A stretch of 64,000 nt of DNA from an uncultured Anaerolinea sp. (GCA_964555335.1 CAZKSG010000001.1:7336-71335); one strand, 5' to 3'. Counted from the stretch's first letter, positions 1 through 9,517 are shown. A program made the numbers and translations. Notes: generated by a model not told the origin, from the letters alone.

Positions 1-81
1 ATTCAAGAAGAAGTAATTCAGGCGGTCGTACAGAGACTCCGCTCGTATGAGGGGCTCACGCCACAGGGCCGTGCCGACGCG

Positions 82-2382
82 TTGAAGGGGCTGTGGAAGC
101 GCATCGGGGATGTGTATCCCGAAGCGGCGCAGAAACCCCGTCCACCACAAAACGTCGAAGCGAAACCCAGACCGCGTCCTGCACAGCCGCAGGAAGAGAC
201 GCCTCCTCCGCCCGAACCCCCACAGCGAAAAGAATACACCGAGCAGCGTCCGCAGCATATACCCCAGCCTCGCTCGCAAAGCGTGCCGGGCGCAAAGACA
301 TCTGCCACGCCCGCCGCGCTGGATGCCAAGTTGACCGTGCTGCAGGGAGTAGGTCCAAGCAATGCCGCATCGCTTGCCAAGCTTGGCATGCAGACCCTCG
401 GTGACATGCTCTACTACTATCCTCGCCGCTACGACGATTATTCACAGCTCAAGCCGATCAAGAACCTGTTCTATGGTGAACAGGTGACCGTGCTCGGGAC
501 TGTGCAATCCGTTCATACTCGCCCGATCCGCGGCGGCAAGGCCTCGATCGTCGAGACCATCATCAGCGACGGCACCGGCGGACTGCGCATGTCGTTCTTC
601 AACCAGCCGTGGATGGCGAACCGCTACAAACCCGGCGACATGATCTCAGTCTCCGGCAAGATCGATCAATATCTTGGCCGCCTTGTGATGAACAACCCCG
701 ACACCGAATCGGTGGATGTTGAAAACCTGAACACAAATCGCATCGTGCCTGTCTATTCGCTGACCGAGCGCATCACACAGAAGTGGTTGCGCCGCGTGAT
801 GAAGCAAGTGGTGGAATATTGGGCGCCCAATGTTGTCGACGCGCTACCCGACAGCGTCCGTACCTCGGCGCGTTTGATGACACTAGGCGAAGCATTGCTG
901 CAGATACACTTCCCTGACTCGCAGGAAAAGCTCAAAGCCGCGCGTGAACGACTCGGCTTCGACGAGATCTTCTATCTGCAAATGGGCGTGCTGCGCCAGA
1001 AACGTGACTGGAAATCGGTGGAGGCCCGCCGCTTCTCTGTGCCGGACGAATGGCTGGGAGCGCGCATTGCAAGCCTGCCCTTCGCATTGACCTCTGTTCA
1101 GCAAAGCGCGGTCAACGACATCCGCGTTGACATCGATTCGGGCAAGCCGATGAATCGTTTGCTGCAAGGTGATGTGGGTTCCGGCAAGACCGTAGTAGCG
1201 GCTTTATCCGCCTCCATCATCGTCAATAACGGTGCTCAAGCCGCAATCATGTCTCCCACCTCCATTCTGGCAGAGCAGCATTATCGTAGTTTCACGCGCA
1301 TGCTCACGGGAGAAACCGGGTTTCTGCAAGAGAATCAAATCCGTTTGTTGGTGGGTGATACACCCGAAGCTGAAAAGGAAGAGATCCGCAATGGACTTGC
1401 CGATGGCACGATCAAGATCGTCATTGGTACCCATTCTCTCATCGAAGACCCGGTCATCTTCCAAGACTTGCAGTTCGTGGTTATCGACGAACAGCATCGT
1501 TTCGGTGTGGAACAACGTGCCGCGTTGCGCACCAAGGGAACAAATCCGCACCTGCTGGTGATGACGGCAACTCCGATCCCACGCTCACTTGCCCTTACCT
1601 TATACGGCGACCTCGACCTCTCCATCATGGACGTTATGCCTGCCGGGCGCCAGCCTGTGAACACCTATGTATTGCGTCCGCAGGAACGTGAACGTGCATT
1701 CACCCTTCTTCGCGGACAGATCAAGGATGGCAAGCAGGCCTTCATCATCTATCCGTTGATCGAAGAGAGTGACAAGATCGAAGCTCGCGCGGCTGTGGAT
1801 GATTATGAAACGCTTTCCAAGGAAGTGTTCCCCGATCTCAAACTGGGATTATTGCATGGGCGCATGCGTCCCGATGAAAAAGATGAAACCATGTTGAAGT
1901 TCCGCGACAGGCAATATGACATCCTTGTTTCGACCACGGTCGTTGAAGTGGGCGTGGATGTTCCGAACGCGACGGTCATGATCATCGAAGGTGCAGACCG
2001 GTTCGGTCTGGCACAGTTGCACCAATTGCGCGGACGTGTGGGACGTGGTTCCGATCAGTCGTATTGTTTGTTGATCCCCACGCATGAAGATGCCACCGAG
2101 AATGAACGTTTGCAGGCGATGGCTGAATCCAACGATGGGTTCCTGTTGGCTGAAAAGGATCTGGCGCTGCGTGGTCCCGGTGAATTTTTGGGTACGCGTC
2201 AATCTGGATATGCCAGTGGACTGCGCATGGCCAGCATCACCGATGTCAAGTTGATCGAGAAGGCACGCGGCGAAGCCCAGAAACTATTCGAAGTGGATGC
2301 CGAACTCTCACAACCTGAACATACCCTGCTCGCCGAAGCGTTTGGTCGCTTTTGGAACGGCACAAAAGGGGACGTAAGTTAG
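82..2382 (+). CDS. recG: ATP-dependent DNA helicase RecG
   Basis: The translation has LQGVGPSNAASLAKLG (HhH-like), Walker A GDVGSGKT, motif II VIDEQHRFGV, MTATPIPR and QLHQLRGRVGRG. The frame stays open to window position 1, so the true start is uncertain. An in-frame GTG at 283 would give a canonical-length RecG. Confidence 0.9.
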   Translation: MKGLWKRIGDVYPEAAQKPRPPQNVEAKPRPRPAQPQEETPPPPEPPQRKEYTEQRPQHIPQPRSQSVPGAKTSATPAALDAKLTVLQGVGPSNAASLAKLGMQTLGDMLYYYPRRYDDYSQLKPIKNLFYGEQVTVLGTVQSVHTRPIRGGKASIVETIISDGTGGLRMSFFNQPWMANRYKPGDMISVSGKIDQYLGRLVMNNPDTESVDVENLNTNRIVPVYSLTERITQKWLRRVMKQVVEYWAPNVVDALPDSVRTSARLMTLGEALLQIHFPDSQEKLKAARERLGFDEIFYLQMGVLRQKRDWKSVEARRFSVPDEWLGARIASLPFALTSVQQSAVNDIRVDIDSGKPMNRLLQGDVGSGKTVVAALSASIIVNNGAQAAIMSPTSILAEQHYRSFTRMLTGETGFLQENQIRLLVGDTPEAEKEEIRNGLADGTIKIVIGTHSLIEDPVIFQDLQFVVIDEQHRFGVEQRAALRTKGTNPHLLVMTATPIPRSLALTLYGDLDLSIMDVMPAGRQPVNTYVLRPQERERAFTLLRGQIKDGKQAFIIYPLIEESDKIEARAAVDDYETLSKEVFPDLKLGLLHGRMRPDEKDETMLKFRDRQYDILVSTTVVEVGVDVPNATVMIIEGADRFGLAQLHQLRGRVGRGSDQSYCLLIPTHEDATENERLQAMAESNDGFLLAEKDLALRGPGEFLGTRQSGYASGLRMASITDVKLIEKARGEAQKLFEVDAELSQPEHTLLAEAFGRFWNGTKGDVS

Positions 2383-2457
2383 TCAAGTAGTTATCGGGTC
2401 GCCGGTCTCCTGGTCATGGACTGTGTGACTACCTAATCCGCTATTGACTAGCAGACA

Positions 2458-3003
2458 ATGAGAAAAAGGACAAACAAACTGCCAATGGTCAGAGCCTTAT
2501 TCCCGGGGACGTTCGATCCCATTCACTATGGACACATGGATATTGCCGCGCGTGCCTCACGTTTGTTCGATGAAGTGGTCATGGCGGTATATGACAAGCC
2601 TCTCAAATCTCTGATGTTTTCTCCTGAGGAACGCATGGACCTGGTTACCGAAGCGTTCAAGGAGAATCCCAAGATCAAGGTGACCGGTTACAGCGGGCTG
2701 ACGATCGAATTTGCCCGCAAGATCGAAGCACAAGTTATCGTGCGTGGACTGCGTGTGTTCTCTGATTTTGAATTTGAATTTCGCATGGGATTGGCCAACC
2801 AGCGCCTTGCCCGTGACATCGAAACGGTTGCGTTTATCACGGCAGAGCAGCACACGTTCCTTTCCTCCAGCACGGTGCGCGAGATCGCTTCGTTGCACGG
2901 CGATGTATCGAGCATGGTCCCGCCGCATGTGGAGAAAGCGTTGAAAAGAAAGGTCAACGACCTGGGCGACGGACATTCCCCTCCGAATGCGTTGCGCGAT
3001 TAA
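2458..3003 (+). CDS. coaD: Phosphopantetheine adenylyltransferase
   Basis: FPGTFDPIHYGHMDI nucleotidyltransferase HxGH motif, typical size, and the ISSSTVREI-like block (LSSSTVREIA). An alternative ATG lies at 2485. Confidence 0.9.
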   Translation: MRKRTNKLPMVRALFPGTFDPIHYGHMDIAARASRLFDEVVMAVYDKPLKSLMFSPEERMDLVTEAFKENPKIKVTGYSGLTIEFARKIEAQVIVRGLRVFSDFEFEFRMGLANQRLARDIETVAFITAEQHTFLSSSTVREIASLHGDVSSMVPPHVEKALKRKVNDLGDGHSPPNALRD

Positions 3004-3045
3004 AAATAAGATAGAATTGGAATCATCCGTGTCACGGAGGCGATT

Positions 3046-3537
3046 ATGGATATTTTGCAATTGATCGACCGTCTGGAAGAACTGTTCAACGAGAGTAAAA
3101 CGATTCCTCTCACCCGCAATGTAATGGTGGATGAAGACCGCATGCTGGATATTATCGACCAGATGCGCATTGCCATTCCCGAAGAGGTGAAAAAGGCCCA
3201 GCAGTTGCTCGGTCAACGTGACCGGGTGCTGGCCCAGGCGCAGGAAGAGGCGAACCGGACGCTGGAACTGGCCCGCCAGAAAGCCGATCAACTCGTGGCA
3301 AAAGATATGGTCGTTGTGGAAGCTCAACGCCGCGCCGAACTGATCGTGTCTCAGGCACGATCCGACGCAGAGGGCGTCCGTGCCGATGCAGATGATTACG
3401 TGATGGACAGCCTCCGCCAGCTTGAAGCGGAATTGGCACGGAACCTGAACCAGGTGCGCAACGGTATCCACACTGTGGAAGAGGAGCAAGCCCGACGTGC
3501 ACCGTCTTCTACGGCATCCCAATCAACGGAAAAATAA
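3046..3537 (+). CDS. Coiled-coil protein of unknown function (ATP synthase b / DivIVA-like heptad-rich)
   Basis: Clean ATG, charged heptad-like sequence (AQAQEEANRTLELARQKADQL...), followed by a strong hairpin terminator. The function is not recognisable. Confidence 0.55.
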   Translation: MDILQLIDRLEELFNESKTIPLTRNVMVDEDRMLDIIDQMRIAIPEEVKKAQQLLGQRDRVLAQAQEEANRTLELARQKADQLVAKDMVVVEAQRRAELIVSQARSDAEGVRADADDYVMDSLRQLEAELARNLNQVRNGIHTVEEEQARRAPSSTASQSTEK

Positions 3538-3551
3538 ACGGAAATGATTGA

Positions 3552-3584
3552 AACAGCCCCGCAAATCTTGCGGGGCTGTTTTAT
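3552..3584. terminator. Rho-independent terminator between convergent genes
   Basis: Stem aacagccccgc / gcggggctgtt with a 7-nt loop, followed by a T-run. It sits between the stop at 3537 (+) and the stop at 3586 (-). Confidence 0.75.
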
Positions 3585-3585
3585 A

Positions 3586-4680
3586 TCAAGCTCGAGTTGT
3601 CTTCGCCAGCGTCTCTTCCTTTGTAGCCTCTTCCGCCTTGGGCTTTTCAGCCTCTCTGCCGAACCAGAACGAAGCAATCGGATTGTATTTGATGAACAGC
3701 TCGTAGATCAACATCGGGACAAAGACTCCCATCAGGTATCCAACCCAGATCGAGAGTTGAACGTTGTCTGTCAACCCGCGGATCTTTTGCCCCCAGAAAT
3801 CCTGTATGGGTACATGGAAGATCAGAATGATGAGTGAGATCCTGCCTGCATATTTGAAGAAGGATGCCAGCTTCTCAGCATGTAGTTCGATCTGTCGTGA
3901 TACGGCAAGGACGAATAATATCCCTACGATGGACTCGATTGTGTTGATGATGAACGACTCGTAGGTTCGTGTGTTGAGGTCGATGCGCGCGGGGAAGATG
4001 ATATTCAACGCGATCATCGCTGCACCGGTCACAAGCAAAAGGATCCAATTGCTGAACAGCCTTTCAGAGGTGATCTGTCGCGTTTCACTTCCCAGAATAA
4101 AGAAAAAACCGCTGAGCAGAACGAGGTCCAGGCTGAATGGCAGACCCCAAAGTTCGTAATACTTTCCAAGCACGGAAAGTGGGAAGGGATAGAACGTTTG
4201 CAGGAACAGGCTTGCGGTCCCAAGTGTGGCAAGCAGGATTGCCCATCGCACATAACGGTTGTCAATTTTGCGCACGAGTGCATAGAACACGAACGCATAC
4301 AAGCTCACTACGAATAAATGCGGCAGGAACCAAAGCTGCACCCAGTCAATATAACGTCCCGTTCCATAGAGCGATTTGACAATGCGTGTGATCGCAGTCT
4401 GGAAGCCTAATTTCCCGAACGAGAGCGAGCCAAAATAGATTAAGAAGAGCGTGAACAAATACGGCTTGATTAAAGAGTTAAAACGCTTTTTGAAGAAGTC
4501 CCAAAATCCAATGGTTGTGTTGAGAAAATACCCGGAGAGGAAAAAGAACAGGGGCATGTGGAACGAGTAGATCAACTTGTAGGCGAATGGCGACACAAGC
4601 GAGAAATCGTTGTGTCCCATTACGACCAGCAAAATGCCAATGCCCCTTGCAATGTCAATGTATTCGATTCGTTTGGACAT
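3586..4680 (-). CDS. Acyltransferase family 3 integral membrane protein
   Basis: IEYIDIARGIGILLVVMGH N-terminal signature and about 10 hydrophobic segments. I trimmed the start to the ATG at 4680 (MSKRIEY). The longer ORF to 4800 would overlap the upstream gene. Confidence 0.8.
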   Translation of the reverse strand: MSKRIEYIDIARGIGILLVVMGHNDFSLVSPFAYKLIYSFHMPLFFFLSGYFLNTTIGFWDFFKKRFNSLIKPYLFTLFLIYFGSLSFGKLGFQTAITRIVKSLYGTGRYIDWVQLWFLPHLFVVSLYAFVFYALVRKIDNRYVRWAILLATLGTASLFLQTFYPFPLSVLGKYYELWGLPFSLDLVLLSGFFFILGSETRQITSERLFSNWILLLVTGAAMIALNIIFPARIDLNTRTYESFIINTIESIVGILFVLAVSRQIELHAEKLASFFKYAGRISLIILIFHVPIQDFWGQKIRGLTDNVQLSIWVGYLMGVFVPMLIYELFIKYNPIASFWFGREAEKPKAEEATKEETLAKTTRA

Positions 4681-4705
4681 GGATGCGGAGTCTCCGCTTT
4701 GGATT

Positions 4706-5560
4706 TTACCCCTCGAACTCGAATGTGGGCATCCCCTCGACATCTGTCTGCAGGCGGAACAGCCCACCCGTGAGCGGATATTGTGCCAGTGTGGCTTCAT
4801 CCAGTCCTTTGCGCGCGGAGGTGATGTACAGTTCGTTCATGTCTTTTCCGCCGAAGACGCAGGAGGAGACATTCTTCGCCGGGATGGGGGTCTGCTCCAG
4901 CAATTGACCTGTGTTTGGATCCCATTTTGTGACTTGTGCGCCGCCCCACATGGCGATCCATAGATTGCCGCGTCTGTCAGACGTCATGCCGTCGGGCCAG
5001 CCAAATCCGTCGGGGATGCGAATAACGGTACGGGGATTTGCGATCATCCCTGAATCAAGATCATAATCAAATGACGTTACTTCTCGCGTAGGTGTATCAA
5101 TGTAATAGAGCATTCTGTAATCGGGACTCCATGCCAATCCGTTGGAGATGGTGACATTGCCAAGCAATTTTATGATGGAAGTCCCGTCGAATGAATAGAG
5201 TGAACCAGTTGGGTCGGTCTCGCCCATGTCCATGGTGCCGGCGAGGAAACGTCCGCGTGGGTCACATTTGCCGTCGTTGAAGCGATTGTTTGACGGTTCG
5301 TTGTCTGGGGATGAAAGAGGAGTCACTTTAAGGGAATCAAGGTCCAGACTTGCGAAGCCTGAGCGCAGAGCGAGGATAAGTCCACCACTCTTGCGCGGGG
5401 CGATGCATCCGATGAGATCATCCAATTGGGTAAGAACATCCCCTCCGCAGTAAATACGTTTTTCAAGGATGTCGATCCAATACACCGTTTGAGTGCGAGA
5501 ATCCCAGATTGGACCTTCGCCGAGAGTCGCCTTGATGTCAAAAAGAAGTTCAGATTTCAT
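4706..5560 (-). CDS. SMP-30/gluconolactonase/LRE family protein
   Basis: EGPIWD, WIDI, PDGMTSD.GNLW and GGKDMNELYITSA blocks are typical of the six-bladed propeller lactonases. The ATG at 5560 lies immediately after the corA stop. Confidence 0.85.
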   Translation of the reverse strand: MKSELLFDIKATLGEGPIWDSRTQTVYWIDILEKRIYCGGDVLTQLDDLIGCIAPRKSGGLILALRSGFASLDLDSLKVTPLSSPDNEPSNNRFNDGKCDPRGRFLAGTMDMGETDPTGSLYSFDGTSIIKLLGNVTISNGLAWSPDYRMLYYIDTPTREVTSFDYDLDSGMIANPRTVIRIPDGFGWPDGMTSDRRGNLWIAMWGGAQVTKWDPNTGQLLEQTPIPAKNVSSCVFGGKDMNELYITSARKGLDEATLAQYPLTGGLFRLQTDVEGMPTFEFEG

Positions 5561-5561
5561 T

Positions 5562-6488
5562 TTAGAACCAATCCCGTTTGTAAAAGATGAATGTGGCAAT
5601 AGCAGTAAGGGCAAGTGAAATGCCGATGACGGTCAGGAAGGCAAATGGATGTGTCTCGCCGGGCAATTCCACGTTCATGCCATAAAACGAAGCCACGATG
5701 GTCGGCATGTTGAGAATGATCGTCAGAGCGGCAAGAGCTTTCATCACACCGTTGAGGTTGTTGGAGATGATCGAAGCAAAGGCATCCATCATGCCGGAGA
5801 GAATTTCTGTGGCGATGCTGGTCATTTGAATGGCTTGCTGGTTTTCAGTAAGCACATCTTCGAGTAGATCCTGGTCCTCTTCATAGTAATTGAAGATCTG
5901 TGTACGCTGGACACGTTCCATCATTACTTCGTTGGAGCGCAACGCGGTGGCGAAATAAGTGAGGCTCTTTTGATATTTGAGCAGTTCCAATACTTCACGG
6001 TTGCGGGTGGATTTCTGCAACTGGTCTTCAATGACTTCTGTCATGCGGTTGATCTCACGCAGATGAGTGAGATAACGGGTGGCGGTTTCCAAGAAGATGT
6101 AGAGTGCGAAACGATAGCGCTTGCTTGTTTTAAGCAAACGATATTTGCCGTTGGCCAACACCTTGAACATTTCCTTGTCATAGCGGCAAATGGTGACGAC
6201 AGTGTTGCCCTTGATCATGATCCCCAGCGGAATCGTAATGAATGGAACATCTTCGTTGGGCTGCGAATGAGGGATGCGAAGCAGGATGAAGGTGTATTCT
6301 TCATCACGTTCCATGCGTGCCATTTCGTCAAAGTCGAGTGAGTAGTTGATGTAGTCCACATCGATCCCCCAATCGACAAGCTGCTGGATTTCCTCGGGAG
6401 TCGGATCGACCGCCTTGATCCATGTGCCGTTGGCCATCGAGTCGAGTTGTTCGAGCCCCTGCTCTGTCGTTTTGTAGATGGTGAGCAT
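5562..6488 (-). CDS. corA: Magnesium/cobalt transporter CorA
   Basis: YGMNVELPG (GMN motif) between two C-terminal TM helices. Size 308 aa. Confidence 0.9.
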   Translation of the reverse strand: MLTIYKTTEQGLEQLDSMANGTWIKAVDPTPEEIQQLVDWGIDVDYINYSLDFDEMARMERDEEYTFILLRIPHSQPNEDVPFITIPLGIMIKGNTVVTICRYDKEMFKVLANGKYRLLKTSKRYRFALYIFLETATRYLTHLREINRMTEVIEDQLQKSTRNREVLELLKYQKSLTYFATALRSNEVMMERVQRTQIFNYYEEDQDLLEDVLTENQQAIQMTSIATEILSGMMDAFASIISNNLNGVMKALAALTIILNMPTIVASFYGMNVELPGETHPFAFLTVIGISLALTAIATFIFYKRDWF

Positions 6489-6668
6489 GAGTGCCTCCTA
6501 TGCGTGAGATCATCACGCAGTGGCGCTCACCGCCTGCGCAATGTCATAAATTGGTTCTTGCAACGCGTGCCACGCGCCAGGTACTTGGCGGTTGACTCTC
6601 TGTAGATCCTAGATCGCTCTCGTCCGTGTTGAACATTATTAATCCTTGCCATTTCGGGTGGCTTTGGT

Positions 6669-6697
6669 ATTGTACGCCTGATAAAAGAATCGGACAA
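6669..6697 (-). promoter_or_regulatory. Candidate sigma-70 promoter for corA
   Basis: On the minus strand: TTGTCC (6697-6692), a 17-nt spacer, then TACAAT (6674-6669). This implies a leader of about 170 nt before the corA ATG. Confidence 0.4.
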
Positions 6698-6704
6698 CCA
6701 CTAA

Positions 6705-7910
6705 TCAGAGAAGACGTAAAAATAACAGACCTGCGAGCAACGCCATTCCGGAACCGAAAAGAAACGGCGCGCTTGGGCCAAACCCTGCCCATGCCCCCAC
6801 ACCCTGCCAGAGCAAACCTGCGATCAGGGAGGCAGGCAACGCGGTAATGCCGATCGCGGCGTTGAACAGCCCATAGGCAGTGCCGCGGTTCGACTCAAGG
6901 ACCAGGTCTGCCACCAGCGCCTTGGCCGTCCCTTCGGTGGCCGCGTAATACAAGCCGTACAGCCCGAACAACACCCACACCTGCCAGCCCGCGTTCGAAA
7001 ACGCGAATCCCAGGTAGACGAGTCCATACGCAATCCAGCCGCCAACGATCAGCTTACGCCGCCCAACCCGGTCGGACCATGCGCCAAGCGGCCCAGCGAA
7101 TATCGTGTAAATGGCATTGAACGTCAGTGCCATGCCCATCACTTGCAGTACGCTCAGTCCTCGTTCCTGCCCGCGCAGGAGGATGAAGGCATCGGATGAA
7201 TTGCCAAGCGTGAAGAGCACCACCACCAGCAGGAAGGATTTGAACCGCGAGTCCAATCCACGGAAGGACAGGCGCGTCCCTTCCACGCCTTTGTTGGATC
7301 CTGTTGTTTCGACTGCTCCCAACGCCAGGACCAATACCGCCAATACTGCCGGGACGATGCTGACAAGCACGATCAATTTGAACGTGGAAGGGGCGAGGAG
7401 AACGGTTTGAGATTGGGTCAGCCAAATAATGATGGCGGCGATCCCGAGTCCGAGAAAGGCGCCGGCGGTATCTCCTGCGCGATGGAGTCCAAATGCCAGT
7501 CCGCGTTGGTCCTTGTCAATGGAGTCTGCGATCAATGCATCGCGCGGTGCAGTGCGAATGCCCTTGCCCACGCGATCTGCGAAACGGACTCCCAGCACCC
7601 AACTCCAGGCGCTGGCAAAATAAAGAAAAGGTTTTGCAATCGTCGAGAGGGAATATCCCGCTACAGTGAGCCATTTGCGTTTGCCGAGCTTATCAGAAAG
7701 TGCCCCCGAAAGGATCTTGACCAGACTGGCGGTCGTTTCGGCAATGCCATCGATCAGACCGATAACCGCCGTGCGCACGCCGAGCACATTGGCGAGAAAG
7801 AACGGGATGAGATTGGTGAGCATCTCCGAAGAGATGTCGGTCAGCAGCGATGTGGCGGTGACGATCCACACATTGCGCGGTAAACGCTGCAGCGAATTTT
7901 CTTTCTGCAT
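6705..7910 (-). CDS. MFS transporter
   Basis: About 12 hydrophobic segments and a D-R-x-G-R-R/K-like loop (SDKLGKRKW; WSDRVGRRK in the second half). Confidence 0.85.
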   Translation of the reverse strand: MQKENSLQRLPRNVWIVTATSLLTDISSEMLTNLIPFFLANVLGVRTAVIGLIDGIAETTASLVKILSGALSDKLGKRKWLTVAGYSLSTIAKPFLYFASAWSWVLGVRFADRVGKGIRTAPRDALIADSIDKDQRGLAFGLHRAGDTAGAFLGLGIAAIIIWLTQSQTVLLAPSTFKLIVLVSIVPAVLAVLVLALGAVETTGSNKGVEGTRLSFRGLDSRFKSFLLVVVLFTLGNSSDAFILLRGQERGLSVLQVMGMALTFNAIYTIFAGPLGAWSDRVGRRKLIVGGWIAYGLVYLGFAFSNAGWQVWVLFGLYGLYYAATEGTAKALVADLVLESNRGTAYGLFNAAIGITALPASLIAGLLWQGVGAWAGFGPSAPFLFGSGMALLAGLLFLRLL

Positions 7911-7914
7911 AGAT

Positions 7915-8370
7915 CTAATCCTTCTTGTTGCCGAAATATCCGAAAGCGATCAGCACGGCAGAGACAACAGCGATGGCGATGCCGGTTTGCATCAATTCAG
8001 TTGTGTCTTTGACTTCCACAAGTTTTTGCAGGAACTTGACGCCCATCACAAGCACCACCATGCTGCTGAGCTTGCCTTTGAGCTCATACAGGTTGTGCGC
8101 CACCATCCAGTCTGGAACATTGATATCGGCGATAAACAATTCGTAGAGACTTGCAGCAAAGATGAGAATAGCTGTGGCAATCAGGAAGCTATCCACGATC
8201 TCGATGAACTCGATGGTGATGGCGGCATCTGAGCCAAGTGTTTCGATCACCAGCAGAACGGCATGGACTGTCTTGAGCGTGCCCCAGGCAAATGCAGCGA
8301 CTGCGGCAACCAGTAACGAGATCACTCCGACAATGGCAAGATAACGGGATTTTTCAAGGATGGTTTTCAA
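7915..8370 (-). CDS. YqhA family (UPF0114) membrane protein
   Basis: The pattern LEKSRYL...FAWG...IEFIEIVD..L..T...IFA.SLYELFI is typical of UPF0114. I prefer the TTG start at 8370, which follows GGAGA. The longest ORF to 8415 would run into the upstream terminator hairpin. Confidence 0.65.
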   Translation of the reverse strand: MKTILEKSRYLAIVGVISLLVAAVAAFAWGTLKTVHAVLLVIETLGSDAAITIEFIEIVDSFLIATAILIFAASLYELFIADINVPDWMVAHNLYELKGKLSSMVVLVMGVKFLQKLVEVKDTTELMQTGIAIAVVSAVLIAFGYFGNKKD

Positions 8371-8413
8371 AGGGATGTCTCCACACTGTATGATGATATT
8401 CAACCCATTATAC

Positions 8414-8440
8414 AAAAAAGGCGGACCGAGTCCGCCTTTT
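8414..8440 (-). terminator. Rho-independent terminator
   Basis: A-run, stem ggcgga / tccgcc, T-run. On the minus strand it follows the stop at 8446. Confidence 0.6.
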
Positions 8441-8445
8441 CTTTG

Positions 8446-8871
8446 TTATTCTTCGCCGCCTTCATCATCCGGCGCGCTGGGTTGTTCCACACGCACAACC
8501 TCTCCGTGTACATTGATGACGATCTTGAACCCCACCATCCCAAGATAGACGCGTGCATCCTCGGGGAGACCCGTTTCGATGAGCTGGTCGAATTGCTTGT
8601 CAATGTTCTTCAGTTGATTTTGAAGCATCGCTTTTGTGAAGATATCCTCCTGCCCGAGCATCTTTGCAGTTTGCTCGGAGAGGAGTTCCTCGCTGCCCTT
8701 CATCATCCCCGCGATCTGCGATAGCACAACGCGGTCCACCTGTTCGGAGGGGATATGACGGCGGAAACCCATATCATCTACAACGTACATGGGCTCGCCC
8801 ACATAGGCAGTTTCAGCAACATTGCCGTTCTCATCCACGACGAGACCAGCGAAAAGAGGTTGACGTGGCAT
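8446..8871 (-). CDS. Hypothetical acidic protein
   Basis: 141-aa ORF whose ATG overlaps the upstream stop (TAATG at 8869-8873). The C-terminus is acidic (DDEGGEE). No family was recognised. Confidence 0.55.
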   Translation of the reverse strand: MPRQPLFAGLVVDENGNVAETAYVGEPMYVVDDMGFRRHIPSEQVDRVVLSQIAGMMKGSEELLSEQTAKMLGQEDIFTKAMLQNQLKNIDKQFDQLIETGLPEDARVYLGMVGFKIVINVHGEVVRVEQPSAPDDEGGEE

Positions 8872-9452
8872 TAGTTGCTTTGCTTTCCTTCCACGACCGC
8901 GAGCAGGATTCCTGCGGCGATCCCCAGGCGGCGGTCGAGCCGTTGTGCCGTATCCATGCTGAAGTCGAGGTTCAATTCATAGCGGAAGAGGTTGAAATTC
9001 TGGCGCAGGTCCGCAACGCGCGTTTCGCCCAGAGTGATATCATAGTTTTGGGGCAGCAACGAACCGAGAAGCAGACGGCGCAGCATGGCCAGCCCCATGC
9101 TGTCTTCGAACAGTTTTCCGATCACGTTATCGTTTGCGTCCAGCACTTCCCATTCGTCGCGCAGGATGGAACTCCAGCCGCGGCGTCGCAGTGCTCCGAC
9201 CTTCTGGTTCAGCGCTGTATCGACCACATCGTAGGCCGCCGAAAAATCCACGATCTGACGCGCCTTGATGCTCAACACTTCCTGAGTCTTGCTTTCATCA
9301 CTGTACACACGAATGTCTTCGCGCAGCTTAAACATTTTTTGCTCACTGAACATCACCAATTGACCGGCCGGATCATAAAAACGGAATTTACCGGTCAAAG
9401 CAAGCGTCTGGCGCTTGAGCAGATAGGTTGGGAACTGAAAAATGGAATTCAT
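8871..9452 (-). CDS. LURP-one-related / scramblase-like (tubby C-terminal-like fold) protein
   Basis: I chose the ATG at 9452 because it follows GGAGAAAAG. The sequence pattern (YLLKRQ...LTGKFRFYD..G......E.KMFKLREDI.VY) resembles the DUF567/LURP1 family. The N-terminal 90 aa of the longest ORF overlap the next gene and were dropped. Confidence 0.55.
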   Translation of the reverse strand: MNSIFQFPTYLLKRQTLALTGKFRFYDPAGQLVMFSEQKMFKLREDIRVYSDESKTQEVLSIKARQIVDFSAAYDVVDTALNQKVGALRRRGWSSILRDEWEVLDANDNVIGKLFEDSMGLAMLRRLLLGSLLPQNYDITLGETRVADLRQNFNLFRYELNLDFSMDTAQRLDRRLGIAAGILLAVVEGKQSN

Positions 9453-9517
9453 CTTTTCTCCTTGCATAAGCCTTGCGAAAGTTTCAAACCTTCGCAAGGT
9501 TGGATGGCTACTATGAA

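Noticed and set aside
2557-3522. A 321-aa minus-strand ORF spanning coaD and the coiled-coil gene.
   Set aside because: It is antisense to two well-supported genes. It has biased low-complexity composition and no recognisable motifs. This is a typical shadow ORF in GC-rich DNA.
3586-4800. Longest-ORF N-terminal extensions (this one and those at 4706-5614, 8871-9722, 15132, 20602, 30964, 32347, 40932, 49289 and 50997).
   Set aside because: The extensions overlap neighbouring genes or terminator hairpins and lack Shine-Dalgarno sequences. Internal ATG or TTG starts with GGAG-type sites give canonical N-termini.
6489-6704. M-box (ykoK) Mg riboswitch upstream of corA.
   Set aside because: I could not find the conserved M-box core sequence or its multi-helix arrangement in the leader when reading the minus strand. 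It is kept only as an unexplained structured leader.
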